A model generated the notes under the pieces. The model worked only from the letters and a program-made list of their open reading frames with translations. It did no database searches and was not told the origin of the DNA. This document shows positions 7,730-17,494 of a DNA stretch of 40,621 nucleotides, in pieces (positions within the stretch are counted from its first letter, which is position 1; the number at the start of each line of letters is the position of its first letter). This DNA comes from Campylobacteraceae bacterium (GTDB lineage Bacteria > Campylobacterota > Campylobacteria > Campylobacterales > Sulfurovaceae). The translations under genes and the position numbers were made by a program. The stretch covers positions 1-40,621 of the forward strand of contig JALWVW010000325.1 in the NCBI GenBank assembly GCA_027079365.1. The letters run 5' to 3'.

Positions 7730-9316
7730 ATGGAAGAGATAACTACAAGATTTGAGATTGTGCGTCTTGCTGTAAAGATGGCTGACCATGAAACAGTGGC
7801 AATACAGGCCAAAAAGCTTAGAGATATCAGCCTTGATGAGGATCTTAACGAGATCATTGTGCTGCTTGAAAATAAAAATTACAGGCAGGCACTTTTTCTT
7901 ATGAAGGGTTATGTCAACTCTCTGGACGATAGTTTCTTCCATGAGCCCATCTCCAGGCCTACAAGTAAAAAACCCAAAGCACCGGAACCTCCGCAGGCAA
8001 CACAGAACCTGTTTGATATGATGCAGCCTCATAGCAACCAAACGATCAATTTGGATGACATGTTGAGAATGACAGAGGAGAGTGCGGAAGAGACTGTAGA
8101 ATATCGTAAAGCGGAATACACAGCCGATACCTATATTGCGGAAGCAAAAGAGGAAGTGGAAAAAAATGAATCTCACCTCGATATCTATAAAAACAGAGCT
8201 GAAAATAAAAAAGTCAAGCCATTTGAGGATGTAGCCGAAGAGGAACTCATAGATATGCAGGGCAGAACTACGATGTCAGAAGTGCTGTCTGATCCTTTGC
8301 CCAGAACAGTAGAGCAGTATATTCCTAACACGGAACCAGAAATCGAAAATCCTGCAATTCCAAAAGAGGAGCTGGCAGAGGGAGTTGGTTTTGAAGAGGA
8401 TATCTTGGAAGTGACAAAGCCAGATATGGAGATCTCAGCAGAGGCAACAGCTGAGTATGATACGGCAGTATCGACTATGGCAGAAGGTACAGTATCAGAT
8501 CGGGAAAAAAATATTCCAGATCATACTCCGAACAAAGAAATGTTGTTTGATACAGAAGCTGAAATAGAGACTACCCAGGAGCAGGCAGGGAAAGATTTAT
8601 TGCCTGATCTTTCTGACACCACAAGAGAGGTCTCAGTGGAGAGTGTAAAGAGCCAGGCAGTGGTGGAGAAAATAGCAGTACCGCCTGTGTCACCTATTGT
8701 CAAAGAGATTGACATTTCACAAGAGCATGACAGTGAAGAAGAGAGGCTCAAAGCCAAACGAAAAGCAGATTATACCAAGGAGAACAGGCGTTATCCTCCT
8801 ATCTCCTATATTGACCAAAAATTTCGCAATATGCGTCACCAGTTCCCTCAGACTGCAGAGAGCGAAGAGGGTATTGCTGACGAAGTCACGACACTGCTCA
8901 AGCAGGTAGCGACGCAGGGGTATACCGAGAATGACATTTATGAGGCAATCCATTTTTTTCAGGAGAAAAAAGCAGAGGGAAAAATGGCAGAAGCAGCGCA
9001 GATGCTGCTGCTTGCTGCTGCCAGTGAATCCAAGTATGCACAGCTACTGTTGGCTAGAGAGCTTTTCAAGGGTGAGGTATTGAAAGTAGACTACCCTGAA
9101 TCCTTCACGCAGATCAACAGACTTGCAGAGCATGACTACCCAGAAGCGATCTGTGATCTTGCGCAGCTGTATGAGTATGGCTATGGCATTAAAAAAGATA
9201 AAAAAACGGCACAGCTGCTGTACGAAGAAGCCGCAGAAATGGGTGTGGCTAGAGCGCAAAAACATGTGGAACGATTTTCTGGCAAAAAGGGAATACTCGG
9301 CGCTTTTTTTAAATAA
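7730..9316 (+). CDS. Sel1-repeat (TPR-like) protein with long acidic central region
   Basis: 528 aa. The C-terminus carries Sel1-type repeats (AICDLAQLYEYGYGIKKDKKTAQLLYEEAAEMGVARAQ). The central roughly 200 aa are strongly E/D/T-rich. A TATAGT box lies near 7676. Confidence 0.7.
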   Translation: MEEITTRFEIVRLAVKMADHETVAIQAKKLRDISLDEDLNEIIVLLENKNYRQALFLMKGYVNSLDDSFFHEPISRPTSKKPKAPEPPQATQNLFDMMQPHSNQTINLDDMLRMTEESAEETVEYRKAEYTADTYIAEAKEEVEKNESHLDIYKNRAENKKVKPFEDVAEEELIDMQGRTTMSEVLSDPLPRTVEQYIPNTEPEIENPAIPKEELAEGVGFEEDILEVTKPDMEISAEATAEYDTAVSTMAEGTVSDREKNIPDHTPNKEMLFDTEAEIETTQEQAGKDLLPDLSDTTREVSVESVKSQAVVEKIAVPPVSPIVKEIDISQEHDSEEERLKAKRKADYTKENRRYPPISYIDQKFRNMRHQFPQTAESEEGIADEVTTLLKQVATQGYTENDIYEAIHFFQEKKAEGKMAEAAQMLLLAAASESKYAQLLLARELFKGEVLKVDYPESFTQINRLAEHDYPEAICDLAQLYEYGYGIKKDKKTAQLLYEEAAEMGVARAQKHVERFSGKKGILGAFFK

Positions 9317-9546
9317 CAGAGTCCTTTGCTCAGCCTGAACATTTACGCCATCTCTGATTTTGTCCGGATCGGGTACGCTTTGCAGCTCCTGCCTTCATGT
9401 GTTAAAAAAGTTCACTATTTTTCCTTTCTCTGTTCATAGGTCGGATAGCCATCCAGGGCATCTTTTTGATCCTCTCCTGTCATAACCCAGTTTTAACCAC
9501 AACTAGAATAGAATATGCACAAAATTAAACTGAAGGCAGAGAAGAG

Positions 9547-11016
9547 ATGATTTCATGGATGCAGAAGCACAACAAATATCTAATTGTTACCATTTGGGTA
9601 GCCACGATCGCGTTTATTGGCGCAGGGTTTGTGGGCTGGGGAAGCTACCAGTACGGTTCCAAAGCAGGCGCGATCGGTAAAGTAGGAGATATTGAGATTA
9701 CGCAGGAAAAATTTGATATGACCTATCAAAACTTGTATAGTCGATACAACGATATGTTCAAGGGGCAGTTTGATGAGGCCAAGGCAAAAGAGATGGGACT
9801 TGCCAAGCAGGCTTTTAATTCTCTTGCTTCAGAGGCACAGCTACTGAATCTAGCCAAATCCTATGGTATCGTAGTCTCAGATGAAGAGTTGCGTCACTAT
9901 GTGACCTCTATCAAGGGCTTTCAGAATGAGGGGAAGTTCAACAAGACGATCTATGAGACCTATCTCAAAAACAGGCGACTTAAAGCAAAAACTTTTGAAG
10001 CAATCTTGAGTGATGAGTTGATAGTGCAAAAATTGATCTCATTGCTTGAGCGCAAAGCAGTACCATTTGAGACAGATGTCTTGGCATCGGCACTCAGCAT
10101 TGCTGATAAGATAGGGTATACGGTTATTCGCCTAGCTGATATAAAAGTTGCACTAGATGATGCAGCACTTAAAAGCTTCTGGGAGCAGAGCAAAAGTGAC
10201 TACATGACACCGCGTACCTATAAGATGGAGATAGTATGGACTGATAGCAGTGGAGTGGAAGCAGATGAAAAGGCACTGCATGAGTTTTATGACAAAAACA
10301 GTTATAACTATGTAGGTGCAGATGGTAAGCAGTTCGGCTTTGAACAGGCCAAGGCGATAGTGACAAAAGACTACAAGGTCAAAAAGGCCAAAAAAGAGGC
10401 GCTCAAGACCTATATTGCTTATAAAAAAGGTGAGCTAAAGGCAACAGAGACAAAAACATTCTCAGAGAATAGTCCAGAGCTCAGTGCGGTATTGTGGAAA
10501 GAGATCGCAAAGGCAGTGGAGGGCGATATCATCAAACCCAAGGTGGTCGGCACCAAATATGCTACAGTAAAACTGCTCAAGATCATCGCACCCAAAGAGA
10601 AAACCTTTGAGCAGGCCAGAGTAGAGGTGGAAAAACGCTTGACAGCCGAAAAGAAAAATGAGGTACTGGAAAAAAGATCAAAAGAAGTGTTGGAGAATAT
10701 TGACAATGAGACCCTGAAAACAACCAATTGGGTCACAATGAGTAAATTTGACAACATGACACCGCTTAGTCAACAGGAAACTTTACAGTTTTTACAGAAA
10801 CTCTTTACATCTTCAGCTAAAAAAGGTATGATTACAGTGTCGGATAATGTAGTTGTATACAAAGTGTTAGAGCAAAAGATGGATAAAGTTGACAGTAATC
10901 TCTCGAAAGTAGTTGAAGGGAATGTCAATCAGATCAAGAAAAGTGTCTTCGAATCCAATCTTTTCAAAACACTCAACAAGCAGTATCCAGCCCAAAAGTT
11001 TGTAAAAGGAATTTGA
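9547..11016 (+). CDS. PpiD-like periplasmic chaperone (SurA N-terminal domain family), N-terminally anchored
   Basis: The N-terminus MISWMQKHNKYLIVTIWVATIAFIGAGFVGWG is PpiD-like, and the size is 489 aa. The gene lies immediately upstream of ftsA, as in Campylobacter-type genomes. Confidence 0.75.
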   Translation: MISWMQKHNKYLIVTIWVATIAFIGAGFVGWGSYQYGSKAGAIGKVGDIEITQEKFDMTYQNLYSRYNDMFKGQFDEAKAKEMGLAKQAFNSLASEAQLLNLAKSYGIVVSDEELRHYVTSIKGFQNEGKFNKTIYETYLKNRRLKAKTFEAILSDELIVQKLISLLERKAVPFETDVLASALSIADKIGYTVIRLADIKVALDDAALKSFWEQSKSDYMTPRTYKMEIVWTDSSGVEADEKALHEFYDKNSYNYVGADGKQFGFEQAKAIVTKDYKVKKAKKEALKTYIAYKKGELKATETKTFSENSPELSAVLWKEIAKAVEGDIIKPKVVGTKYATVKLLKIIAPKEKTFEQARVEVEKRLTAEKKNEVLEKRSKEVLENIDNETLKTTNWVTMSKFDNMTPLSQQETLQFLQKLFTSSAKKGMITVSDNVVVYKVLEQKMDKVDSNLSKVVEGNVNQIKKSVFESNLFKTLNKQYPAQKFVKGI

Positions 11017-11017
11017 T

Positions 11018-12424
11018 TTGAGTAAACCAGTTTTAGCTATTGATATCGGTTCAACAAAGATCTGTGCAGTCATAGCTGAAGTTTCTGGTGACGACATTCA
11101 AATCATCGGTCACGGTATCGCCAAATCCCAAGGGGTTAAAAAAGGTATCATTACCAATATAGAGCTTGCTTCAAAGTCGATTCGTAAGGCGCTCAATGAC
11201 GCCAGAAGAATTGCAGGCAATAATATCTCTACCGCTACTGTCTCTATCTCCAATGCTTATGCTAAAAGTATGAGCTCAACAGGCGTAGTAAATATCCCCC
11301 AAAAAGACATCTCTACCAAAGAGATCAATCGCCTGATGGAAACAGCACTCTATAATGCCAATATCCCCAATGAGTATGAAGTGATCCATGTGCTTCCTTA
11401 CAACTTCAGGGTAGATGAACAGGACTTTATAGAAGATCCTTATGGCATGAATGCTAGCAGGCTGGAGGTAGATGCCAATATTATATTGACGCAGAAGACC
11501 AGCCTAAGCAATCTGAAGAAGACAGTCAGGTCGGCAGGTCTTGAAATAGATGGTGTCGTACTAAACAGTTATGCCTCCTCTATCGCAGTACTCCAAGAGG
11601 ATGAAAAAGAGTTGGGCGTCGCCCTGATAGATATGGGCGGGCAGACCAGTAATCTGATCATTCATATCGGCAACTCTATTCGATACAACACTTTTCTAGG
11701 TGTAGGATCCAATCATATCACCAATGATCTTTCTATGGCACTGCATACCCCGCTTCAGATCGCAGAAAATGTCAAGATCCGCCACGGGAATCTTATCAAT
11801 GGCTCCCACGAAGTGATCGAGTTGCCGGTTATTGGTGACGAGGAGAGTCGAAACAGTATCTCACTTGAGATGGTACACAATGTGATCATGGCGCGTGTCG
11901 AAGAGTCCCTTTCAATTCTTGCCAACTCTATAGAGAAGAGTGCATTGGAAGAGCAGATTGGTGCAGGCGTCGTACTGACTGGAGGCATGAGCAAACTGAA
12001 GGGGATTAGAGAGTTGGCTCAGGCCATTTTCAGGAATACACCAGTTCGCATTGGGTATCCCAAGGTGGTCGGCGGTTTGATTGATGAGCTGAAAGACCCT
12101 GCCTTCTCTACGGTCATTGGACTCTTGTTGCATCGTACTGGTGGGCATACAGAGTATGAGATAGACAATGAGAAAAATATGCTCCACTCCAAAAGTGATA
12201 TACCTGAAGTCGGGCTTGGGGACATTAGACTGGAAGAGGAATCCATAGAGAATCAAAATGCAAAAAGGGAGAAAAAATCCAAGCAGGTCAATAGTAGGGT
12301 ACTGAAGGATCTTCATCAAGATGAGGACGGTGATACCTTTTCGTTCGATGACCTGCCAAGACCGGAGACAAAAGAGGGAAGCGTTATGCATAAAATCACA
12401 AACTGGGCAAAACAGTTATTTTAA
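11018..12424 (+). CDS. ftsA: cell division protein FtsA
   Basis: Actin-fold motifs seen: LAIDIGSTKICAV, ALIDMGGQTSNL and GVVLTGGMSKLKGI. The start is TTG, 1 nt after the upstream stop, with AAAGGA as RBS. The gene lies directly upstream of ftsZ. Confidence 0.93.
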   Translation: MSKPVLAIDIGSTKICAVIAEVSGDDIQIIGHGIAKSQGVKKGIITNIELASKSIRKALNDARRIAGNNISTATVSISNAYAKSMSSTGVVNIPQKDISTKEINRLMETALYNANIPNEYEVIHVLPYNFRVDEQDFIEDPYGMNASRLEVDANIILTQKTSLSNLKKTVRSAGLEIDGVVLNSYASSIAVLQEDEKELGVALIDMGGQTSNLIIHIGNSIRYNTFLGVGSNHITNDLSMALHTPLQIAENVKIRHGNLINGSHEVIELPVIGDEESRNSISLEMVHNVIMARVEESLSILANSIEKSALEEQIGAGVVLTGGMSKLKGIRELAQAIFRNTPVRIGYPKVVGGLIDELKDPAFSTVIGLLLHRTGGHTEYEIDNEKNMLHSKSDIPEVGLGDIRLEEESIENQNAKREKKSKQVNSRVLKDLHQDEDGDTFSFDDLPRPETKEGSVMHKITNWAKQLF

Positions 12425-12435
12425 AGGGGGATAAG

Positions 12436-13644
12436 ATGAATGAATTAGATAATTTTGGTGTAGAGGTTGAGATGATGGATAGTGAGATCATCATAGAGTC
12501 GGTAGTGACAGCGGAGGGAGCCAAGATCAAAGCAATCGGAATCGGCGGCGGCGGCGGTAATATGATCAACCATATGATCAATGAGGGCGTAAGTGGTATT
12601 GACCTGATTGTTGCCAATACAGATGCGCAAGCACTAGACTCTTCCTTTGCACCTACTAAACTTCAACTTGGCTTGAATGCTACCCGAGGACTGGGAGCCG
12701 GCATGATACCTGAGAAAGGCAGGGAGGCTGCGCTGGAGAGCTTTGATGATATTAAAGAGACTTTGGCAGGTGCTGATATCGTCTTTATTTCTGCTGGTAT
12801 GGGAGGAGGTACCGGTACTGGTGCTGCTCCTATCGTGGCACAGGCTGCCAAAGAGGTAGGTGCACTTACTGTTTCAGTCGTGACCAGTCCTTTTAAATTT
12901 GAAGGACGCAAGAGAACCAAGCTCTCCAAGGAGGGGCTTGAAGAGCTCAAGAGAGAGAGTGATTCTATCGTCATTATTCCCAACGAGAAACTCCTCTCTA
13001 TTGTAGAAAAAAATCTCGGCATCAAAGAAAGCTTTCGTCTGGTAGATGATGTGCTTTCTCAGGCTGTTGCGGGTATCTCCAATGTCATTCTTTCGCATGG
13101 CCCCAATGATATCAACCTGGATTTTGCTGATGTCAAGACAGTCATGAGTCATAGAGGTTTGGCACTGATGGGTTCAGGCAAAAGCGAGGGTGCAAATGCA
13201 GCCTATGATGCTGCCAAAGCAGCGATTGATTCTCCACTACTGGACAATATTTCTATCAATGGTGCGATGGGCGTGTTGGTACACTTCCATATCCATCCTG
13301 ACTATCCTATTCTTCAGATCTCTGAGGCGATGGAGACAATTGAGGATCATGCCCACGAAGATGCCAATGTAATCTTCGGTACCACCACCAACAGCAATAT
13401 GGCTGTGGATGAGGTCAAGATCACGATCGTTGCCACTGGCTTTGATGACAACCAGAATGTTGCTACCGAGCAGGCAGAAAAAGCCAAAGAAGCAAGTACA
13501 CTTCTTTCTGGTATGCGTGCCAATACGGCTACAGCCTCATCAAAGTCTGCTATGATGCAGACACGACGGGTTGTAGGTGGGTATGATACTGATAATGAAG
13601 ACATTCTCGAGGTTCCTACTTTTCTGCGTAAGCAGATGGACTAG
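12436..13644 (+). CDS. ftsZ: cell division GTPase FtsZ
   Basis: Contains IGIGGGGGNMINHM, the tubulin signature AGMGGGTGTGAAPIVA, and the conserved C-terminal peptide DILEVPTFLRKQ. Confidence 0.97.
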   Translation: MNELDNFGVEVEMMDSEIIIESVVTAEGAKIKAIGIGGGGGNMINHMINEGVSGIDLIVANTDAQALDSSFAPTKLQLGLNATRGLGAGMIPEKGREAALESFDDIKETLAGADIVFISAGMGGGTGTGAAPIVAQAAKEVGALTVSVVTSPFKFEGRKRTKLSKEGLEELKRESDSIVIIPNEKLLSIVEKNLGIKESFRLVDDVLSQAVAGISNVILSHGPNDINLDFADVKTVMSHRGLALMGSGKSEGANAAYDAAKAAIDSPLLDNISINGAMGVLVHFHIHPDYPILQISEAMETIEDHAHEDANVIFGTTTNSNMAVDEVKITIVATGFDDNQNVATEQAEKAKEASTLLSGMRANTATASSKSAMMQTRRVVGGYDTDNEDILEVPTFLRKQMD

Positions 13645-13704
13645 CCTCCATTCCCTTTATTGGCTCCTCCCTTCCCTCCCTTGGGAGCACACTACTTCTA
13701 TTTC

Positions 13705-14661
13705 ATGCCTGACCTGCAACCTATCATACAGTTATCTACTGGGGAACACTATACTGTAGGTATAGACCTTGGATCCAACACACTTCGTATCACTGTCCTG
13801 CTTTGTGCGACTGGCCATGCTGTCTATACGGATGAAGTGATCGTGCGTACCGCAGATGACCTGACAATAGAGGGTAGGGTATCCGATGGGGCGATTGAGA
13901 GGATTATCCGTGGATTAAAATCTTTCTTAGCTCCTCTGCGAGGACATATCTTCACGCTACGGGCAGTTACAACGGAAGCACTCCGTCATGCTTCCAATGC
14001 AGAAACAGTCCTCAGGCAGATTTATCGGCAGACGAAAATCTCTTTTGAAGTAATTAGTGGTGCAGAGGAGGCTAAACTGACGCTACTGGCAGTTTCGCAG
14101 AGACTTCTTAGGCTTGGGAAGGAGACTGAAAGCCTGGTGTTGGTCGATATCGGTGGCGGCTCTACAGAACTGACGCTTAAGTGTGGAGATCAGGTACTGA
14201 CAGAGAGCTTCCCCTTGGGAATTGTTACTTTGACACAGGAATCAGCAGACAGAGATGAGATGTGGTGGATTTTGAAGCAGAAGCTGTTGGCGATGCGGCA
14301 GTTCTGGCAAAGAAGTATAAGCAGATGCGGTAAACCGTTACAGTTCGTGGCTACTGCAGGTACACCTACGACTGTGGCGGCGATGAAGCTAGGAATGAAC
14401 TATGCCTCTTATGAGAGCAGCAGGATCAACGGTACTGTGCTTCACCGAAGAGACCTGAAAGTACAGCAGGAACGGTTGCTTACTATGTCTATAGAGGAGC
14501 GCAGAGAGACTGTAGGTGAGGGGCGGGAGGATCTGATTACCAGCGGCATCATGATTTTCGATGCGATCTATGATCTTTTGGGTATGGAGAGTGCTGTGGT
14601 GATCGATGATGGTTTGAGGGAAGGTGTGGCGCTGACTCTCTGTCAGCAGCAGGAGAGGTAG
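13705..14661 (+). CDS. Ppx/GppA-family phosphatase (exopolyphosphatase-like)
   Basis: Contains GIDLGSNTLRI, LVDIGGGSTEL and ATAGTPTT motifs of the ASKHA-fold Ppx/GppA family. I prefer ATG 13705 over the track's non-ATG start at 13660. The 3' end overlaps convergent mutY by 19 nt. Confidence 0.8.
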   Translation: MPDLQPIIQLSTGEHYTVGIDLGSNTLRITVLLCATGHAVYTDEVIVRTADDLTIEGRVSDGAIERIIRGLKSFLAPLRGHIFTLRAVTTEALRHASNAETVLRQIYRQTKISFEVISGAEEAKLTLLAVSQRLLRLGKETESLVLVDIGGGSTELTLKCGDQVLTESFPLGIVTLTQESADRDEMWWILKQKLLAMRQFWQRSISRCGKPLQFVATAGTPTTVAAMKLGMNYASYESSRINGTVLHRRDLKVQQERLLTMSIEERRETVGEGREDLITSGIMIFDAIYDLLGMESAVVIDDGLREGVALTLCQQQER

Positions 14662-15629
14662 AGTCTGAGGATCTTCTCGTCGACTTTGGAGATCGCAAGT
14701 GTCTTGATGATCTCCTGTGGGCTGAAGTAGCTTCCTTCCTCTCTGTCCAGTGCAGGATAGAGATAGACTTTGCAGTGTAGCTTAAAGTGTGTATAGGCAT
14801 GTGATACTTCCCCTAGATACTCTGCAGCGCATAGTGGTGCCTCCACAGCCTCAAAGCCCCAAAGCCCATGCAGAAACTTTCCTTTGCGCTGCGAGAGTGC
14901 CAGCTTGTCATTGTAGAGAGTGAGCATAATATACTGCTCTTTGGTTGGTACGGTGCGTTTCTTTCTGGTGGGGTAGATCAGGGGGGTGTTCTTCCCTGTA
15001 CATATCTCTTGTAGTGGGCAATACTCGCAAGAGGGATTAGTGGCGGTACAGACAGTAGCACCAATATCCATCATCGCCTGGTTGTAGTCAAAGGGATTCT
15101 CTCTGTCTATCATAGTATAGGCGATCTCCCAGAGTGCTTTGTCGGTAGGTGTTTTGAGCTGATGTAGGCGACAGAGGATACGCTTGACATTGGCCTCCAT
15201 GATAGGGACAGGCCGCCTGAAGGCAAAGGCAGCAACTGCGCGGGCAGTATTTTTGCCGATCCCAGGCAGTGCTACAAGTTCTTCTATCGTCGAGGGAAGT
15301 ACAGGAGGCAGACCTTGTACTTGTTGAGACAATATCTGTGCCGTTTTGTGCAGGTTTTTTGCCCGGTTATAGTAGCCTAGTCCTTCCCAGAGCTTCAATA
15401 CATCATCCAATGGTGCCTCTGCGAGATCCTTTAGTGTAGGAAAGCGTTTTAAAAAAGGAAAATAGTAGCGCTCCAGTACCGTGCGCACCTGTGTTTGCTG
15501 CAACATCACTTCAGAGAGGTAGATAGGATAGGGATCTTCTGTGGTGCGCCAGGGCAGGTCGAGCCTGCCATGGGTCTGGTACCATGTCTGTATATTATTA
15601 TGAATCTTTCTGAGCTGTGCTGTTTTCAT
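14643..15629 (-). CDS. mutY: A/G-specific adenine DNA glycosylase MutY
   Basis: Contains a PWR...PYPIYLSEVMLQQTQV N-terminus, the HhH-GPD motif LVALPGIGKNTARAVAAFAF, the Fe-S Cys loop CTATNPSCEYCPLQEIC, and a C-terminal NUDIX-like domain. Confidence 0.92.
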   Translation of the reverse strand: MKTAQLRKIHNNIQTWYQTHGRLDLPWRTTEDPYPIYLSEVMLQQTQVRTVLERYYFPFLKRFPTLKDLAEAPLDDVLKLWEGLGYYNRAKNLHKTAQILSQQVQGLPPVLPSTIEELVALPGIGKNTARAVAAFAFRRPVPIMEANVKRILCRLHQLKTPTDKALWEIAYTMIDRENPFDYNQAMMDIGATVCTATNPSCEYCPLQEICTGKNTPLIYPTRKKRTVPTKEQYIMLTLYNDKLALSQRKGKFLHGLWGFEAVEAPLCAAEYLGEVSHAYTHFKLHCKVYLYPALDREEGSYFSPQEIIKTLAISKVDEKILRLYLSCC

Positions 15630-15637
15630 GGGAGGGA

Positions 15638-16321
15638 TTATAGCATATTGCTGGCAACAGTATACCCCTTATTCTTTTGGTGTTCTATGAGTTCATATCC
15701 AACAGTTTTATTAAGGCGTGAAATGAGTGTTCTTAGTGTTCCTTCTTTGCCGTATCCTCCGTAGATGCAGTGGGATAGTTCGCCTTTGGAAAGCACTTTT
15801 CCGGCATGGGAACACATGTAGTCGAGTAAGAGCATACTCTTGATTCCTATATCTATTCTGCGTTTGTTTAGAAAGAGCTTCTGTTTATGGAGGTCATAGG
15901 TATAGCCATGTTTCAGATGCACTTGTGTTAATTTGTGGCAATCTCTGTTTTCTTTTCTTAAAGCCACTCTTAGGGTAGCAAGGATCTGCTCTTCTTTGTA
16001 AGGCTTAATCAAATAGTTGACAGCATTGGCATCCAGTGCATACTCTATCATCTCGGCTTCAGAATGCGCAGTTAGAAAGATAATTTTTGATACTGTAAGT
16101 GATGCTATTTTAAGTGCTGCTTCGCAACCACTTATGTTGTCTTTTAGCATAATATCCATAAAAATAATTTCTGGTTTCAATTGTACTGCTTTTTTTACCG
16201 CATCAGCACCGCTGTCGCATATACCCACAACAATAAATCCATTTTCTTCCAGAATTTCTTCCAAAAAAGCAGCAGGTATTTTTTCGTCCTCCACAATAAG
16301 TATCGTATTTTTATGTTTCAT
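15638..16321 (-). CDS. response regulator, receiver plus OmpR/PhoB-type winged-helix output
   Basis: Receiver motifs are ILIVEDEK...IIFMDIML...FLTAH. The C-terminus GKVLSKGELSHCIYGG...LRTLISRLNK...KGYTV looks like Trans_reg_C. The start overlaps the upstream kinase by 11 nt, and the stop lies 8 nt before the mutY start. Confidence 0.85.
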   Translation of the reverse strand: MKHKNTILIVEDEKIPAAFLEEILEENGFIVVGICDSGADAVKKAVQLKPEIIFMDIMLKDNISGCEAALKIASLTVSKIIFLTAHSEAEMIEYALDANAVNYLIKPYKEEQILATLRVALRKENRDCHKLTQVHLKHGYTYDLHKQKLFLNKRRIDIGIKSMLLLDYMCSHAGKVLSKGELSHCIYGGYGKEGTLRTLISRLNKTVGYELIEHQKNKGYTVASNML

Positions 16322-17456
16322 TTTTTGGTATCCTTATTGTATAGGAGAAACCATTTTTTGTACACCTATGCATCTGTGCCTGCAGATCTTCGACCATGAG
16401 GCTGATCAATCGAAAACCAAGCTTTCTTTCTCTTTTTGATTCTGTATTTTCTGTATAGCTATTGCCACTGTCACTATAGGTGTATCGGTAGCCTGCCTGT
16501 TCTTCATGGAGCCCTATTGTGATGTTTTTTGCATTGTCAACAAAAGCATATTTGATAGAGTTGAGTATAAGCTCGTTGCTGATGATACCAATGGATAGCG
16601 CCATATCAAAAGGCATCAATACAATATTGGAATGGATAACTACTTCGATATCATCAGATAGTTCGGTAGCTACAGCAGAAAGTTTTTTCAAGTATTTCTG
16701 CATATGTATAGTCTCAAGGTCATCGTATTTATAGAGGATCTCATGTACCATCGCAATGGTATCTATACGCAGTCTGTTCTTTCGAAAAACCTGCTTGACA
16801 CGACTATCTTTTTCTCTAAGCATCTGCATTCCCAGCATGGAGGAAATGATATTGAGATTGTTTTTCACTCTGTGATGTACCTCTTTTAGGAGTATCCCCT
16901 TTTGTCTATTGGCTGTCTGTAGCTTCCTGTATGATTCGTCTACGGCAAGATGGTAGATGATGCCGAACATAACGATAAGAAATGATGCAATGCCTATCGA
17001 AACAAGTTGTGCACTGTTGGGAAAGTTTTCAATATCGGAAAAGGTAAAATAGGCATGAAGGTACATGGTCACAACAATTATTTGATGGGTGAGGGTATAG
17101 AGCAGTGCCTTCTTGAAGCTTACCAGTAGAAAGTACCCCAGTGGTATAATAATATGATAAACAGAAACGCCAAAATGGTTTGTGTAAAGAAAGATATAAC
17201 TGCCGATGGTACTTGATAGCAGCACAAAGGCGCGACCGGCCTCCATGGTGCCTGTCTGTCTATAGTAGACAATACTTATAAGTATCATGACTGTAAATCC
17301 AGCCTCAATATAGGCATCGATATAGTTTCCTATGAAGGCATCCAATACCATAGCGACAACCATGACACAAAGAAGAATATAATGAAACCCGATTACCAGT
17401 AAATCTTCTTTGTCAAGTCCACTGCTGCATTGTTTGAGATATGTTATCAAATTCAT
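16311..17456 (-). CDS. membrane sensor histidine kinase, HisKA_2 type
   Basis: About 5-6 N-terminal TM helices with no large periplasmic loop. The H-box EVHHRVKNNLNIISSMLGMQ is diagnostic of HisKA_2. The N-box is NELILNSIKYAF. Confidence 0.85.
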   Translation of the reverse strand: MNLITYLKQCSSGLDKEDLLVIGFHYILLCVMVVAMVLDAFIGNYIDAYIEAGFTVMILISIVYYRQTGTMEAGRAFVLLSSTIGSYIFLYTNHFGVSVYHIIIPLGYFLLVSFKKALLYTLTHQIIVVTMYLHAYFTFSDIENFPNSAQLVSIGIASFLIVMFGIIYHLAVDESYRKLQTANRQKGILLKEVHHRVKNNLNIISSMLGMQMLREKDSRVKQVFRKNRLRIDTIAMVHEILYKYDDLETIHMQKYLKKLSAVATELSDDIEVVIHSNIVLMPFDMALSIGIISNELILNSIKYAFVDNAKNITIGLHEEQAGYRYTYSDSGNSYTENTESKRERKLGFRLISLMVEDLQAQMHRCTKNGFSYTIRIPKNET

Positions 17457-17494
17457 ATACCATTATACATAAATATAAGAAATACTATAACTGT

